Below are positions 1 to 8,146 of a DNA stretch of 32,000 bases, one piece after another. The DNA is from Telmatocola sphagniphila (lineage in GTDB: Bacteria > Planctomycetota > Planctomycetia > Gemmatales > Gemmataceae): assembly GCF_018398935.1 (NCBI RefSeq), contig NZ_CP074694.1, forward strand, positions 4,350,001 to 4,382,000. The letters run 5' to 3'. Numbering within the stretch: the stretch's first letter is position 1; each line of letters begins with the position of its first letter. The notes beneath the pieces were generated by a model, which saw nothing but the letters and a program-made list of their open reading frames with translations, searched no databases and had not been told where the DNA came from. Both the position numbers and the translations under genes were made by a program.

Positions 1-1275
1 TGCATTGCGTTTTTCCTCGGGCATGACACTCGGGGCAAAGCGGAAACAGACGATGTTCAGCGAAACCGGAGCCAGCAGTTCCAGTTCGGGCTCGCATTGG
101 ACCCGATCAGCCAGATAATTGGCCTGGTCCACATTCTGCTCGATCAAGCGGGCAAACTTTTCAACTCCATAGGCCTTCAGACACATCCAGACCTTGAGGG
201 CTTTAAAACCCCGGGTCAATTCAATCCCCCGGTCGGCAAAAGTCATGCGCCCAACGCTGACTCCTCGATCGAACTCCGCCAGATAACTCGCCGAACTGCT
301 GAAGGCGGCCTTATGCAACTCCGCGTCCCGCACCAGCAGGCAAGCGACTTCGAAAGGCAGATACATCCACTTGTGCAGATCAATGGAAATGGAATCGCAG
401 CGTTCTAGACCGGCCACCCGGGATCGCAATTTGTCCGAAATACGAGCCAGGGCACCAAAGGCCCCATCGATATGAAACCAGATTTTCTCCCTTTCACAGA
501 CGTCGGCGAGACCGTTCAGGTTATCAATGGCCGCCGTGTTCACTGTGCCAGCCGTACCGATGATGCAGATAGGCCGATGCCCGAGCTTTCGATCCGCGGC
601 GATGCTTTCCTGCAAAAGCGGTATTTGAATCTGATACTGCGAATCGACAGGTATCGCGCGATAGTTACGGCGTCCCAGGCCCAAAAGCTCGAGAGCTTTC
701 TTTGCCCAGCCATGAGTTTCCGTGGAACCGTAGACCATTAAGCGAGGTTGTTCACGCGAATGCAAGCCATTTTCGCGGACATCAAAACCGGCCTGAGCGT
801 TTCGCGCGACTGCCAACCCCAGCACACCTGCCATGGTGCCGCCGCTGCAAAGCAGTCCACTGGAGCCACTGGGCAAACCCATCAATTCCGCCAGCCAGGC
901 AATAACCTGCAATTCCACCACCGCCGGCGCATGATTGAAGCCCGCCATATGAGCGTTCAGTCCGGAAGCCAGCATATCCGCCAGCATGGCGAAGGGCACC
1001 CCGGTTCCCTGAACCCAGCCCCAAAAACGTGGATGCCAGCTGCCATTGGGATAAGGAAGGACGTTGTTGACGAATTCCCGCCAGACTTGTTCCTCGCCCT
1101 GCGGCTGAATCGGAAGTGGTTCGTGGAGCTGCTTCTGAACTTCCGGGGGCATTTGTTGCCAGGCAGGTTTCTCTTTGAGATGTATGAACTGATCGAACAT
1201 CTCATCGAGCATTCGATGGCCGAGAGATCGCAAAGCGTCCCAGTTCTGAGGATCCAGGGTTAAATTCTTTTCCAC
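1..1275 (-). CDS. PLP-dependent group II amino-acid decarboxylase (fold-type I); partial, C-terminus runs off the window start
   Basis: This gene is absent from the supplied ORF track because it has no stop codon inside the window. My reverse-strand translation from GTG (1275-1273) reads VEKNLTLDPQNWDALRSLGHRMLDEMF...VYGSTETHGWAKKALELLGLG...WFHIDGAFGALA...SISIDLHKWMYLPFEVACLLVRD...RGFKALKVWMCLKAYG. The D-x-HKW stretch matches the PLP-lysine motif of group II decarboxylases. The plus-strand ORFs in this region are R/H-rich shadow frames. The exact start codon is uncertain. Confidence 0.8.
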   Translation of the reverse strand, partial: MEKNLTLDPQNWDALRSLGHRMLDEMFDQFIHLKEKPAWQQMPPEVQKQLHEPLPIQPQGEEQVWREFVNNVLPYPNGSWHPRFWGWVQGTGVPFAMLADMLASGLNAHMAGFNHAPAVVELQVIAWLAELMGLPSGSSGLLCSGGTMAGVLGLAVARNAQAGFDVRENGLHSREQPRLMVYGSTETHGWAKKALELLGLGRRNYRAIPVDSQYQIQIPLLQESIAADRKLGHRPICIIGTAGTVNTAAIDNLNGLADVCEREKIWFHIDGAFGALARISDKLRSRVAGLERCDSISIDLHKWMYLPFEVACLLVRDAELHKAAFSSSASYLAEFDRGVSVGRMTFADRGIELTRGFKALKVWMCLKAYGVEKFARLIEQNVDQANYLADRVQCEPELELLAPVSLNIVCFRFAPSVMPEEKRNA

Positions 1276-1385
1276 GCCGGCGTATATCGCTTTCTGTGAA
1301 TTAAATAGCTGAGAAGGTGGTATATCGACTTTGACAGGCCGTGTTGCGGGCGAGGTTCGCGAACGGGAGAAGATGTCAGGCGATT

Positions 1386-2657
1386 CTAGCGACGGATGGG
1401 AATTTCCACCGATTGAACGGGAGCGAGAAAATCGGTTCCGCGACGGGGCGTGCTCTGCTCGGCCGGATCGGCCGCCGGCGGCGTCGCCTGCCAGGCCTGT
1501 CCGCAGGTCGCCAAACGGTAACCCTCGGCATAGAGACGTCGCATTTCATCCCGATCGAAATCGAGGCTGTCGCTCTTGGTGGCGAATTCCTGAGGCAGCG
1601 CGGCCAGATGGAATTTCATACCGGTCAACAGCGAAAGCGTGTAGATTTTGTCGATCTCATTTCGGGCGCTGGAGTAGACCAGAGAGATGAGAGAACTGGC
1701 GGCAATGTCCTTAATTTTCGATTTGGTGCATTCCGGATCGGCATAAATTTTCCCGGCAACAATGACGTAAACGTTCGTTCCCACCAAGGGCTTCTGACCC
1801 GCTTTCAGCCGATCTTCATCGACATTCAGCAGCGATGCCCGGACGAAGACCTGATCGGCTGCTCCGCCATCGACATGCATTTCGGAATAGACGCGACCGT
1901 TAATCGTCACGTCGATCTTAACTGGTGGGAAAAAGCCGGGAACGGCCGCCGAGGCCAGAATGATTTTTCGGTAGAGTTTCGCAGCATCCGGACGGCCACT
2001 GGAAGCGATCGCACCCATATCCCAGATGACCAGTCGTCTCGTGTCGAGATTGGTCGTGGCCACATAGAAACGCTTACCCTGAGAATGTGCAACGGCGACG
2101 GACTGGATAATCTGATCGTCGATTTCTTTTTCCAACATCCTTTCGAGCGGTTTCGAGGAGGAGGTGGAATCCGACCAGAGGATAGAGAGCTTGGGTCTAT
2201 CGCGGTAGATATCTTCGGAATTAATGGTGGTGTAAAGATGACAAAGCCGATTGTCGTATTCCGTACCCAGCAGTGCAAAGGTGCCGATGATCGCTCCGGT
2301 GCTCACGCCCGTAACCACATCGAAACTCGGCCTCTGGCCGGTTGTCGTCCAACCGTTGAGTACGCCAACCGAGTAAGCGCCGAACATGCCGCCACCGGAT
2401 AGGGCCAGCACATTTTGTTTCTTACCTTCCGGTAAGGGGGCATTGGAATTTTGCAGAGGATTGGTCACTGCCCGAAAAACTTCGCTGTCGACCGGGCGAT
2501 CCGAACCGGGCGGTGCATGCAGATCGATCAGTTCCCCGCCATTGGAAACCGGTTTAGGTACGCAGGCCCGATCCATCCGGTAAGCGCAGCCCGGTAGAAG
2601 GACGGTAAAAACCGTCATAGCCGCTAGACTCAGAAATAGAGAAGTACATTTGGACAT
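1386..2657 (-). CDS. Patatin-like phospholipase, predicted lipoprotein
   Basis: The protein carries the patatin blocks LSGGGMFGAYSVG (oxyanion G-G-G-x-x-G), GVSTGA (GxSxG nucleophile), ASAAVPGFFPP and VDGGAAD (catalytic Asp in DGG). I place the start at the internal Met giving MSKCTSLFLSLAAMTVFTVLLPGC, a lipobox-type signal. The track ORF extends further, to 2708. Confidence 0.8.
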   Translation of the reverse strand: MSKCTSLFLSLAAMTVFTVLLPGCAYRMDRACVPKPVSNGGELIDLHAPPGSDRPVDSEVFRAVTNPLQNSNAPLPEGKKQNVLALSGGGMFGAYSVGVLNGWTTTGQRPSFDVVTGVSTGAIIGTFALLGTEYDNRLCHLYTTINSEDIYRDRPKLSILWSDSTSSSKPLERMLEKEIDDQIIQSVAVAHSQGKRFYVATTNLDTRRLVIWDMGAIASSGRPDAAKLYRKIILASAAVPGFFPPVKIDVTINGRVYSEMHVDGGAADQVFVRASLLNVDEDRLKAGQKPLVGTNVYVIVAGKIYADPECTKSKIKDIAASSLISLVYSSARNEIDKIYTLSLLTGMKFHLAALPQEFATKSDSLDFDRDEMRRLYAEGYRLATCGQAWQATPPAADPAEQSTPRRGTDFLAPVQSVEIPIRR

Positions 2658-2882
2658 AAATCTTAAGGCCGGTGACGGACACAATCTAACGTTCGCACCG
2701 GAAACCAATCCATTGTTCCTTATGATCGGCTCACTTCAAGCCGGTGTGTCCGAACTTATCGGTAATACAGGGAAATGAGACGACTCTAACTGCTGTATTC
2801 GATCCACTCCGGTCAGATTTATATCAACCCCCGAAAATCACTCCCCAGAGAGCGCACTCTAACTACTAATCCCAAATGGTAC

Positions 2883-2925
2883 AATCCGGATTATTCGATA
2901 GGATTTTGGTACTATTTTGCAAAAT
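2883..2925. promoter_or_regulatory. Two perfect palindromes in the divergent patatin intergenic region (candidate operator sites)
   Basis: AATCCGGATT lies at 2883-2892 and ATTTTGCAAAAT at 2914-2925. Both are perfect inverted repeats inside the 348-nt spacer between two divergently transcribed genes. I recognise no regulator gene nearby, so a regulatory function is speculative. Confidence 0.2.
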
Positions 2926-3065
2926 GGATTTAATTTCTCCTCTGTAGTTTGCGGGCAGAAGCAAAAATTTCCCATATTGTGTGAACGATCCAATATGCGA
3001 ACTTGAGGATCGGTTGTTGCCCTCATTCCAATCAGTTCCAGAACTCCACAGATTAATTGAGCACC

Positions 3066-4304
3066 ATGGGATTAGAGTTGGAACAATCTAAAATCCACTC
3101 GCCATTCAGGCTGCATTCGTGCCTGCTGGTAATCGGTCTTTACCTGTTTTTTCAGAACCCGGCCGACGCTCAAGAAATTTTGCCTATGCCTCGTTGCTGC
3201 GACAGTCTGCCATTTAAGCGAGCGATAATTTTTTCCGGGGAAGGGACCGATTTTACCTGTCACATTGGCATGTATGACGCCGCCGTCGAAGCAGGTCTGG
3301 CTCCGGACTTAATTATCGGAACTAGTGGCGGTTCTATCGCTGCTTTGATCATTAGCACGTACCCGGATCGTCTTGAGCGAAATAAATTTATCGCTTCAAG
3401 TCGCCTTCACGAAATGTTACTTTCGATTCAAATCGAACATCCTCGGGTGTTACTAGAATCGGGTCGGGCACTTCGTTGGAGAATTCGAGGGATAGGACTT
3501 GCCCCCCACCCGCCGGACATATTCACGCGACCCATCGCTTCGATCCCAGGGAATTTTGGCCTCACCGAATCGGATCACCCTTTTGAAGTGAATCCCAAAG
3601 GTCCCAAAGTCCTGTTGGTGGCAGGTGAATTACATTTTGATACTTCCAAAGGTTTGCGCTCCTCCCAGAAGCTATTCACCGAGACTTGGTTTACCGATCC
3701 CGATACGGCCAGGTACATCCCCGCCGATATGCCGACCATCGGGACCGTTTACCCAAACAGCGCAGTCTGTCCGCTCGGGCAGACCGTAACAGATGTCAAA
3801 CTTTCGGAAGCGATGATGGCCTCGATCGCCGAGCCGCACGTTTTTCTGCCTGTGACCGTGGGCGGTAAGACCTATACCGGTGGCGTAATCAATTTGCACG
3901 CGATTGAACTGGCCGGCCGACTGGCAGAGGAAGTGATTACTCCCAAAATGGGACATCACTCTCGAGTCGCCACGAATGTGATTCACAGTGTTTTTGAATA
4001 TGAGCCCAACCAGCGAATGGATGCCGTGAATCAATTTCCCGTGAAATACCGGGTCGATTTCTCGGATGCGACTCCCGCACTCAAGGGAAATTCGTTCTGG
4101 TTCTCCGCTAAATTCGTGAATAATGAATCGGAAGTCCAATCGGTTTTATCGGGGGATTATAAGAAGGATCGAGCCTATCTGATTCCCAGGTATCGGATAG
4201 TCGACAACGTCCCGGCCAGCTTTGAGGAATACCAGAAGAAAATCAACGCCCAGTGGCAGTATGGCTACGACCGGGCGAAGATGGCATTTAGCACACCCAA
4301 ATAA
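3066..4304 (+). CDS. Divergent patatin-like protein with signal peptide; atypical catalytic motifs
   Basis: GTSGGS (GxSxG) and ASIAEPHVFLPV match patatin blocks. The glycine-rich block reads FSGEGTDF, and the position expected to hold DGG reads YTGGVINL. The hydrophobic N-terminus is LLVIGLYLFFQNPADAQE. I take the ATG at 3066 as the start; the track uses TTG at 3057. Confidence 0.65.
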   Translation: MGLELEQSKIHSPFRLHSCLLVIGLYLFFQNPADAQEILPMPRCCDSLPFKRAIIFSGEGTDFTCHIGMYDAAVEAGLAPDLIIGTSGGSIAALIISTYPDRLERNKFIASSRLHEMLLSIQIEHPRVLLESGRALRWRIRGIGLAPHPPDIFTRPIASIPGNFGLTESDHPFEVNPKGPKVLLVAGELHFDTSKGLRSSQKLFTETWFTDPDTARYIPADMPTIGTVYPNSAVCPLGQTVTDVKLSEAMMASIAEPHVFLPVTVGGKTYTGGVINLHAIELAGRLAEEVITPKMGHHSRVATNVIHSVFEYEPNQRMDAVNQFPVKYRVDFSDATPALKGNSFWFSAKFVNNESEVQSVLSGDYKKDRAYLIPRYRIVDNVPASFEEYQKKINAQWQYGYDRAKMAFSTPK

Positions 4305-4325
4305 AGATCTGTCGCCCGTAGCCTC

Positions 4326-4892
4326 TCAACTTTGTCTACTTTTTCCCGGTTGCCAGAGTACGTCCTTTTTGCCGTTATCATTCGCCGTGCGCGATAACAC
4401 GAACAACAAATCCGATAAACGATTCAAGTAAATCATGACCTGGGGATTGATCGTCTCCTGTTGCATCAGCGTAACGACGGAGCGTTCCGCCCGTCGGCAC
4501 ACCGTTCGGGCCAGATGCAGCCAGGCGGAAGCTTTGGAACCGCCTGGAAGCACGAAACTGTTCAGGGCGGCCAATTGCTCGTTGTAATGGTCGATGGCCT
4601 TTTCCAGACGGCTGACCTGCTCCGGGGTAATGCGGAGGGCGTTCTGTTCGTTGGCAACCATGGGAACGCAAAGGTCGGCCCCGGCATCGAACAAGTCATG
4701 TTGGATAGACAGTAGAAGCTCGGCAAAAGGCACGTTGGGTTCTAAAAGCAATAATCCGATCACCGCGTTTAGTTCATCGATCTCGCCGTAGGCCGTGACT
4801 CGAGGACAATCCTTGTTGACTCGAGTGCCATCCCCCAGCCCGGTCTGGCCCTGATCGCCGGACTTGGTGTAAATTCGGGAAAGATAAACCAT
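4326..4892 (-). CDS. pduO: ATP:cob(I)alamin adenosyltransferase, PduO/MMAB type
   Basis: IYTKSGDQGQTGLGDGTRVNKDCPRVTAYGEIDELNAVIGLL is the hallmark N-terminus of PduO-type adenosyltransferases. The length of about 188 aa fits the family. I take the ATG at 4892 as the start; the alternative is TTG at 4907. Confidence 0.85.
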   Translation of the reverse strand: MVYLSRIYTKSGDQGQTGLGDGTRVNKDCPRVTAYGEIDELNAVIGLLLLEPNVPFAELLLSIQHDLFDAGADLCVPMVANEQNALRITPEQVSRLEKAIDHYNEQLAALNSFVLPGGSKASAWLHLARTVCRRAERSVVTLMQQETINPQVMIYLNRLSDLLFVLSRTANDNGKKDVLWQPGKSRQS

Positions 4893-5131
4893 GTAGGTGG
4901 AATCCAATGAAAGGAACGTTTACCCAGAGCATATTAGGACGGGAGGACCGGGTAGAGCAAGTCTGAATCTAAAACCGGCCTGACAGTCATTCCTGCTTCG
5001 AAAATCGGTAAAGTCGTTAAAGCCAGCGGTTCAATCCTTCCGATAGGATCGTTAAGAACAGTTAGCCTGACGCAGGCCGCAGAATCGGCATTAAGGTCAG
5101 GGCTCGTGGAATTAGGATCGGGGGAACTTCC

Positions 5132-5689
5132 ATGTCCTGGTTGCGAAAAAGTTTGATGTTGCTGGCAGTGGCATTGGTGGCGGCCCCGATCGGCTGTGCC
5201 TTTCCCGGGCCGTTTACGCCGATCCCGGTCCAACCCTGGACCTCGGAAAAGATCGAAAATCAGTATCTTCACAAGAACGATTTCCGAACTCCGATCATGC
5301 CTCCGATTCGTGAAGGTTTCCCTCCACCATTGTGTGAAGATGAGCCTTCAGTTCGCGAAGTGCTGCGGGCTATGCCTTCGATGACCCGGGGCGTGCCGTA
5401 TGTGATCGAAGAGTTCCGGGACGATGTCCGTGTCGCTTTCGAGAGAATTGTGGACAAGATCGATCCACCCCGATTCTTCCCGCTCATCGGGCCAGCTCAG
5501 TTGCATCACTGCCACTGGAAGTGCACGGTTTACTTCACCGAGACCATCCAGAGCGACTACCCGTTCCCGGTTAAGCTGAAGAAACGCCGTGTGGAAGTTA
5601 TGTACATCGACAAGGATCACCTGCACCAGTACGTTGGTCCGGATGTCGATGTTCAGCGGTCGATCACGAAGGAACATACCGGCTACTAA
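5132..5689 (+). CDS. Hypothetical lipoprotein
   Basis: The 185-aa ORF starts with the lipobox signal MSWLRKSLMLLAVALVAAPIGC. An intrinsic terminator follows it directly. I recognise no family. Confidence 0.6.
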   Translation: MSWLRKSLMLLAVALVAAPIGCAFPGPFTPIPVQPWTSEKIENQYLHKNDFRTPIMPPIREGFPPPLCEDEPSVREVLRAMPSMTRGVPYVIEEFRDDVRVAFERIVDKIDPPRFFPLIGPAQLHHCHWKCTVYFTETIQSDYPFPVKLKKRRVEVMYIDKDHLHQYVGPDVDVQRSITKEHTGY

Positions 5690-5713
5690 GATCTAACTTT
5701 GGTTGGTTGGAAG

Positions 5714-5745
5714 AAGCCATGGGAAAAAAGCCCATGGCTTTTTTC
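5714..5745 (+). terminator. Rho-independent terminator
   Basis: The stem AAGCCATGGG (5714-5723) pairs with CCCATGGCTT (5731-5740). A T run (TTTTTT) follows, 25 nt after the stop of the 5132-5689 gene. Confidence 0.8.
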
Positions 5746-5857
5746 GTTGGAAGAGTTTCCAGGTCGCTTTGAAACGGGGAAGCGGCGATTCGCGAACCTA
5801 TTCTGTCGCGGGGACGTCTTGCCAAGGTGAGCCGGGAAGTTATCATGAACTAAGTAT

Positions 5858-5931
5858 GGTGGCTGTAGCTCAGTTGGTAGAGCTCCGGATTGTGGTTCCG
5901 GCTGTCGCGGGTTCGAGTCCCGTCAGTCACC
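5858..5931 (+). tRNA. tRNA-His (anticodon GTG)
   Basis: I folded the cloverleaf by hand. The acceptor is GTGGCTG/CAGTCAC, the D arm is GCTC-AGTTGGTA-GAGC, and the anticodon arm is CCGGA-TTGTGGT-TCCGG with GTG at 5892-5894. The T arm is GCGGG-TTCGAGT-CCCGT. A genome-encoded extra G(-1) at 5858 sits opposite discriminator C73 (5931), which is the bacterial tRNA-His signature. The 3-prime CCA is not encoded. Confidence 0.93.
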
Positions 5932-6049
5932 CTTTCAATTTTTAAATTCGACAATTCGGTTTTGATCGCACCAAGGCCCGCAGCCGCAACCTTCCTCCTT
6001 TTTTGCTTCAAATCAGTCTAGGTTCCCGCCTATAATCAAACCGATTCGA

Positions 6050-6967
6050 ATGCCGCGATTTCCCGATACTCCCCTTTTCGTCCTCAGGATGATGGTCATG
6101 AATCGGATTTTGATTCCGTTCGTTTGCATCACATTGGGGGGAATAGCCTTTCGCGTCACGGCTCCTGAAGAAGACTCTTCCCCGGAAAAACGCCGTCAGT
6201 CGGCCCTGGAATTCCATATTCGCGCTCAGGAGCGGACCGGGCTACTGATCCCCCTGTACCTTTACCCGGCCGACATTCACAAAAATGCCGATTACAACCG
6301 TCTGATCGATCTGAAACGACGATACGAAACCGTACCGATGTGGGTGATTTTGAACCCCGCCTCAGGACCTGGTAACCAGATCGATGCCAACTACACCAAA
6401 GCAATCGATCGGCTCCGAGGAGCCGGTTGCATGACTCTCGGCTACGTGTCCACCCGCTATGGCAAGCGAGCCGAGGCCGAGGTGCGGAAGGAGGTCGACC
6501 TCTGGCTCAAAATGTACCCCAGGACACAAGGTATTTTCTTCGATGAAATGGTCTACACCGATACCGAAGCCGGCGTGAAACATCAGTGCATTCTCAAGGA
6601 TTATGCTCACAAGCTCGGCTACTGGCCAATTGTTGCAAATCCGGGGGCGGAGACGCCGGGCCGGTATTTTGCGGCCGAGGCGGCCGATGTCATCGTCGTT
6701 CATGAAGGCGACAGCATTCCCAAAGAGGAACGTCTCAAAGGCGACTACTTTGGCGGCAATTCGGACTATCCCCCCTTTACCCGAGGCGTATTACTGCACT
6801 CCCAAAAAAGTGTCGATAAAGCCGGCCTGAAGATGGTTCGCAAGTACGCACGCTGGATCTATCTGACCGAGGCCGTCTATCGGGAAAATGATCCTAAAGC
6901 GGCCAATCCCTGGAATCGCCTGTCGAACCATCTCGAAGCTCTCTGTGAATTTTTGTCCGAGAAGTAA
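6050..6967 (+). CDS. Spherulation-specific family 4 (Spherulin-4-like) protein with N-terminal signal/anchor
   Basis: LLIPLYLYP...WVILNPASGPGNQIDANYTKAIDRLRGAGCMTLGYVSTRYGKR...GIFFDEM follows the conserved pattern I recall for the Spherulin4 family (YP...NPxNGPG...DxNY...GYVxTxYGxR...GIFFDE). The true start may be an internal Met near 6086-6095. Confidence 0.65.
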   Translation: MPRFPDTPLFVLRMMVMNRILIPFVCITLGGIAFRVTAPEEDSSPEKRRQSALEFHIRAQERTGLLIPLYLYPADIHKNADYNRLIDLKRRYETVPMWVILNPASGPGNQIDANYTKAIDRLRGAGCMTLGYVSTRYGKRAEAEVRKEVDLWLKMYPRTQGIFFDEMVYTDTEAGVKHQCILKDYAHKLGYWPIVANPGAETPGRYFAAEAADVIVVHEGDSIPKEERLKGDYFGGNSDYPPFTRGVLLHSQKSVDKAGLKMVRKYARWIYLTEAVYRENDPKAANPWNRLSNHLEALCEFLSEK

Positions 6968-7086
6968 CCAGTCGACTTTTAGTGATCGGCTTCATTGCCC
7001 TCAACGCGTAAAGATTTTAACTTTCAAAAAGCCTCCGCAGCATTTTTGCGAAAAAAACAAACCGGATTTGCACTCTCAATATCAAG

Positions 7087-7107
7087 GGATCAGGAAAATC
7101 CTGATCC
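7087..7107. other. Perfect 9-bp hairpin (GGATCAGGA-AAA-TCCTGATCC)
   Basis: I read this directly from the sequence, 120 nt downstream of the spherulin-like gene. No T tract follows it, so it is not a confident terminator. Confidence 0.3.
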
Positions 7108-7205
7108 TTCCCCCGATTCACTGTGTGTAAGGATCTATCAGCCGGTAAAAGAACTTTTGATAACAACGGCCCAAAGGCATCACACATTTTGCCGAAGGGA
7201 AGCAA

Positions 7206-7397
7206 ATGCATTCCTTAAGAAAGTTGCACTCGAGTCAAAAACTTCCCGTAGGCGAAGTAGTTATCCGAGGCTGCCGCTGCCGGTGCGGTCACGAATGGGC
7301 TCACTCTAGCGATTTTCGACCACCGATTTGCCCCAAATGCAAAAGTGAAGACTGGGATAAGCGGTTCACCGCTGGTGCGAACTCTCGTCTGAAATAA
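7206..7397 (+). CDS. Small zinc-ribbon protein (63 aa)
   Basis: Two cysteine pairs, CRCRCGHEW and CPKCKSEDW, are spaced like a zinc ribbon. An SD-like GAAGGGA sits 5 nt upstream of the ATG. Confidence 0.45.
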   Translation: MHSLRKLHSSQKLPVGEVVIRGCRCRCGHEWAHSSDFRPPICPKCKSEDWDKRFTAGANSRLK

Positions 7398-7413
7398 ACC
7401 GAGAATCTCAAAA

Positions 7414-7629
7414 TTACCGGTAGGCCGCGATTTCTCTCATTTCGATTCGCATGGAAGCGTGAAAATTATCAGTCTGAAACTGCCGATTTCCCAAAGTGAT
7501 AAATTTCCGATCCGGGAATAAGTCGATTTTGGTTACGGCTGAAGATAGCAGAAATTCCAACTCTGGCGCGCCAAGTGCTTTTTTAAGTTCGTCGGGCATC
7601 GAACTGAGAATCGAACCCGCGAATGACAA
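7414..7629 (-). CDS. Hypothetical small protein (61-71 aa)
   Basis: The ORF has a TTG start at 7629 or an ATG 10 codons further in. I see no recognisable motif or RBS. It is retained only because it fills an otherwise empty gap. Confidence 0.25.
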   Translation of the reverse strand: MSFAGSILSSMPDELKKALGAPELEFLLSSAVTKIDLFPDRKFITLGNRQFQTDNFHASMRIEMREIAAYR

Positions 7630-7658
7630 GCTTACTTGACCAGATTTAGGATTCCCTC

Positions 7659-7823
7659 ATGCTTTCTCCAATTATATCACCGTACTTTGACGCCGAAATT
7701 GAATCGGGTGAAATACCAGTTAACCTTCTGATCCGATACGCTGCTGAAAAGGCCGAGTACTACATCCTGCTGGATCAGTTATACGATGCTCTTTATTCTG
7801 CTCATTCGCTGATTGCCATTTAA
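7659..7823 (+). CDS. Hypothetical small protein (54 aa, below the ORF-track cutoff)
   Basis: The ATG at 7659 is preceded by AGGA. The translation is MLSPIISPYFDAEIESGEIPVNLLIRYAAEKAEYYILLDQLYDALYSAHSLIAI. A strong plus-strand terminator lies 44 nt downstream, which argues for a real transcription unit. Confidence 0.35.
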   Translation: MLSPIISPYFDAEIESGEIPVNLLIRYAAEKAEYYILLDQLYDALYSAHSLIAI

Positions 7824-7866
7824 CCGGCCAAGTACCCAGATTTCGATTTTTCTCCAAATAGACACA

Positions 7867-7900
7867 CTCCGGCATTGAGTTATCGATGCCGGAGTTTTTT
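7867..7900 (+). terminator. Rho-independent terminator
   Basis: A perfect 9-bp stem pairs CTCCGGCAT (7867-7875) with ATGCCGGAG (7886-7894). The loop is 10 nt and TTTTTT follows at 7895-7900. Confidence 0.8.
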
Positions 7901-7942
7901 GTTGGCTATCGGACAAGTTTTTTTTCGTTCGTAGCGACAGGC

Positions 7943-7975
7943 AGAAATAGAAATAGGCACTGATCGCTCAGTGCC
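7943..7975 (-). terminator. Rho-independent terminator for minus-strand transcripts
   Basis: A perfect 8-bp stem pairs GGCACTGA with TCAGTGCC (7956-7975) around a 4-nt loop. On the minus strand the hairpin is followed by TATTTCTATTTCT. Confidence 0.65.
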
Positions 7976-8003
7976 CGACGGGAGGAATGCAGTTCGAATA
8001 TAG

Positions 8004-8146
8004 ATCAAGCAGCAAGGATCATCGAATTTCTTCATCTGATCTGCTTGCTGCGCTTCCACAAGACAGGAGGTTGCAGGGAATATCAATCAAGCAGCGATAA
8101 TCATCGAATTTTCTTCTTCTGACCAGGCTCGCTGCGCTTCCACAAG
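8004..8146. repeat. Imperfect tandem duplication (two ~60-nt copies, period ~82 nt) of the 3-prime end of the 62-aa gene
   Basis: Copy A (8004-8062) is atcaagcagcaaggatcatcgaatttcttcatctgatctgcttgctgcgcttccacaag. Copy B (8086-8146) is atcaagcagcgataatcatcgaattttcttcttctgaccaggctcgctgcgcttccacaag. I aligned them by eye. Confidence 0.75.

Noticed and set aside
748-1263. A 171-aa plus-strand ORF, together with the other short ORFs at 97-905
   Set aside because: They are antisense or out of frame relative to the edge-truncated PLP decarboxylase on the minus strand. Their composition is H/R/Q-rich shadow sequence.
1341-2402. A 353-aa plus-strand ORF
   Set aside because: It is antisense to the patatin-like gene, which has all its catalytic blocks. 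The translation is R/G-rich with no recognisable motif.
5703-5945. An 80-aa plus-strand ORF
   Set aside because: It overlaps the terminator hairpin and the entire tRNA-His gene.
7592-7628. A tRNA-like fragment on the minus strand with 12 nt identical to the tRNA-His T-arm (TCGCGGGTTCGA)
   Set aside because: The flanking bases cannot form a T stem or an acceptor stem. The fragment is inverted relative to the tRNA gene, so it cannot be a direct att repeat. GGTTCGA-type strings also recur by chance. I mention it only as weak supporting context for the AT-rich patch.
7880-8086. A 68-aa minus-strand ORF (MIFPATSCLVEAQQADQMKKFDDPCC...) that looked like a Cys-containing peptide paralogous to the 62-aa gene
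   Set aside because: It starts at a TTG immediately after the neighbouring stop codon. It is created by the frame-shifted duplicate, and it reads straight through two intrinsic terminator hairpins (7943-7975 and 7867-7900). It is most likely 3-prime UTR. I kept it only as part of the duplication finding.
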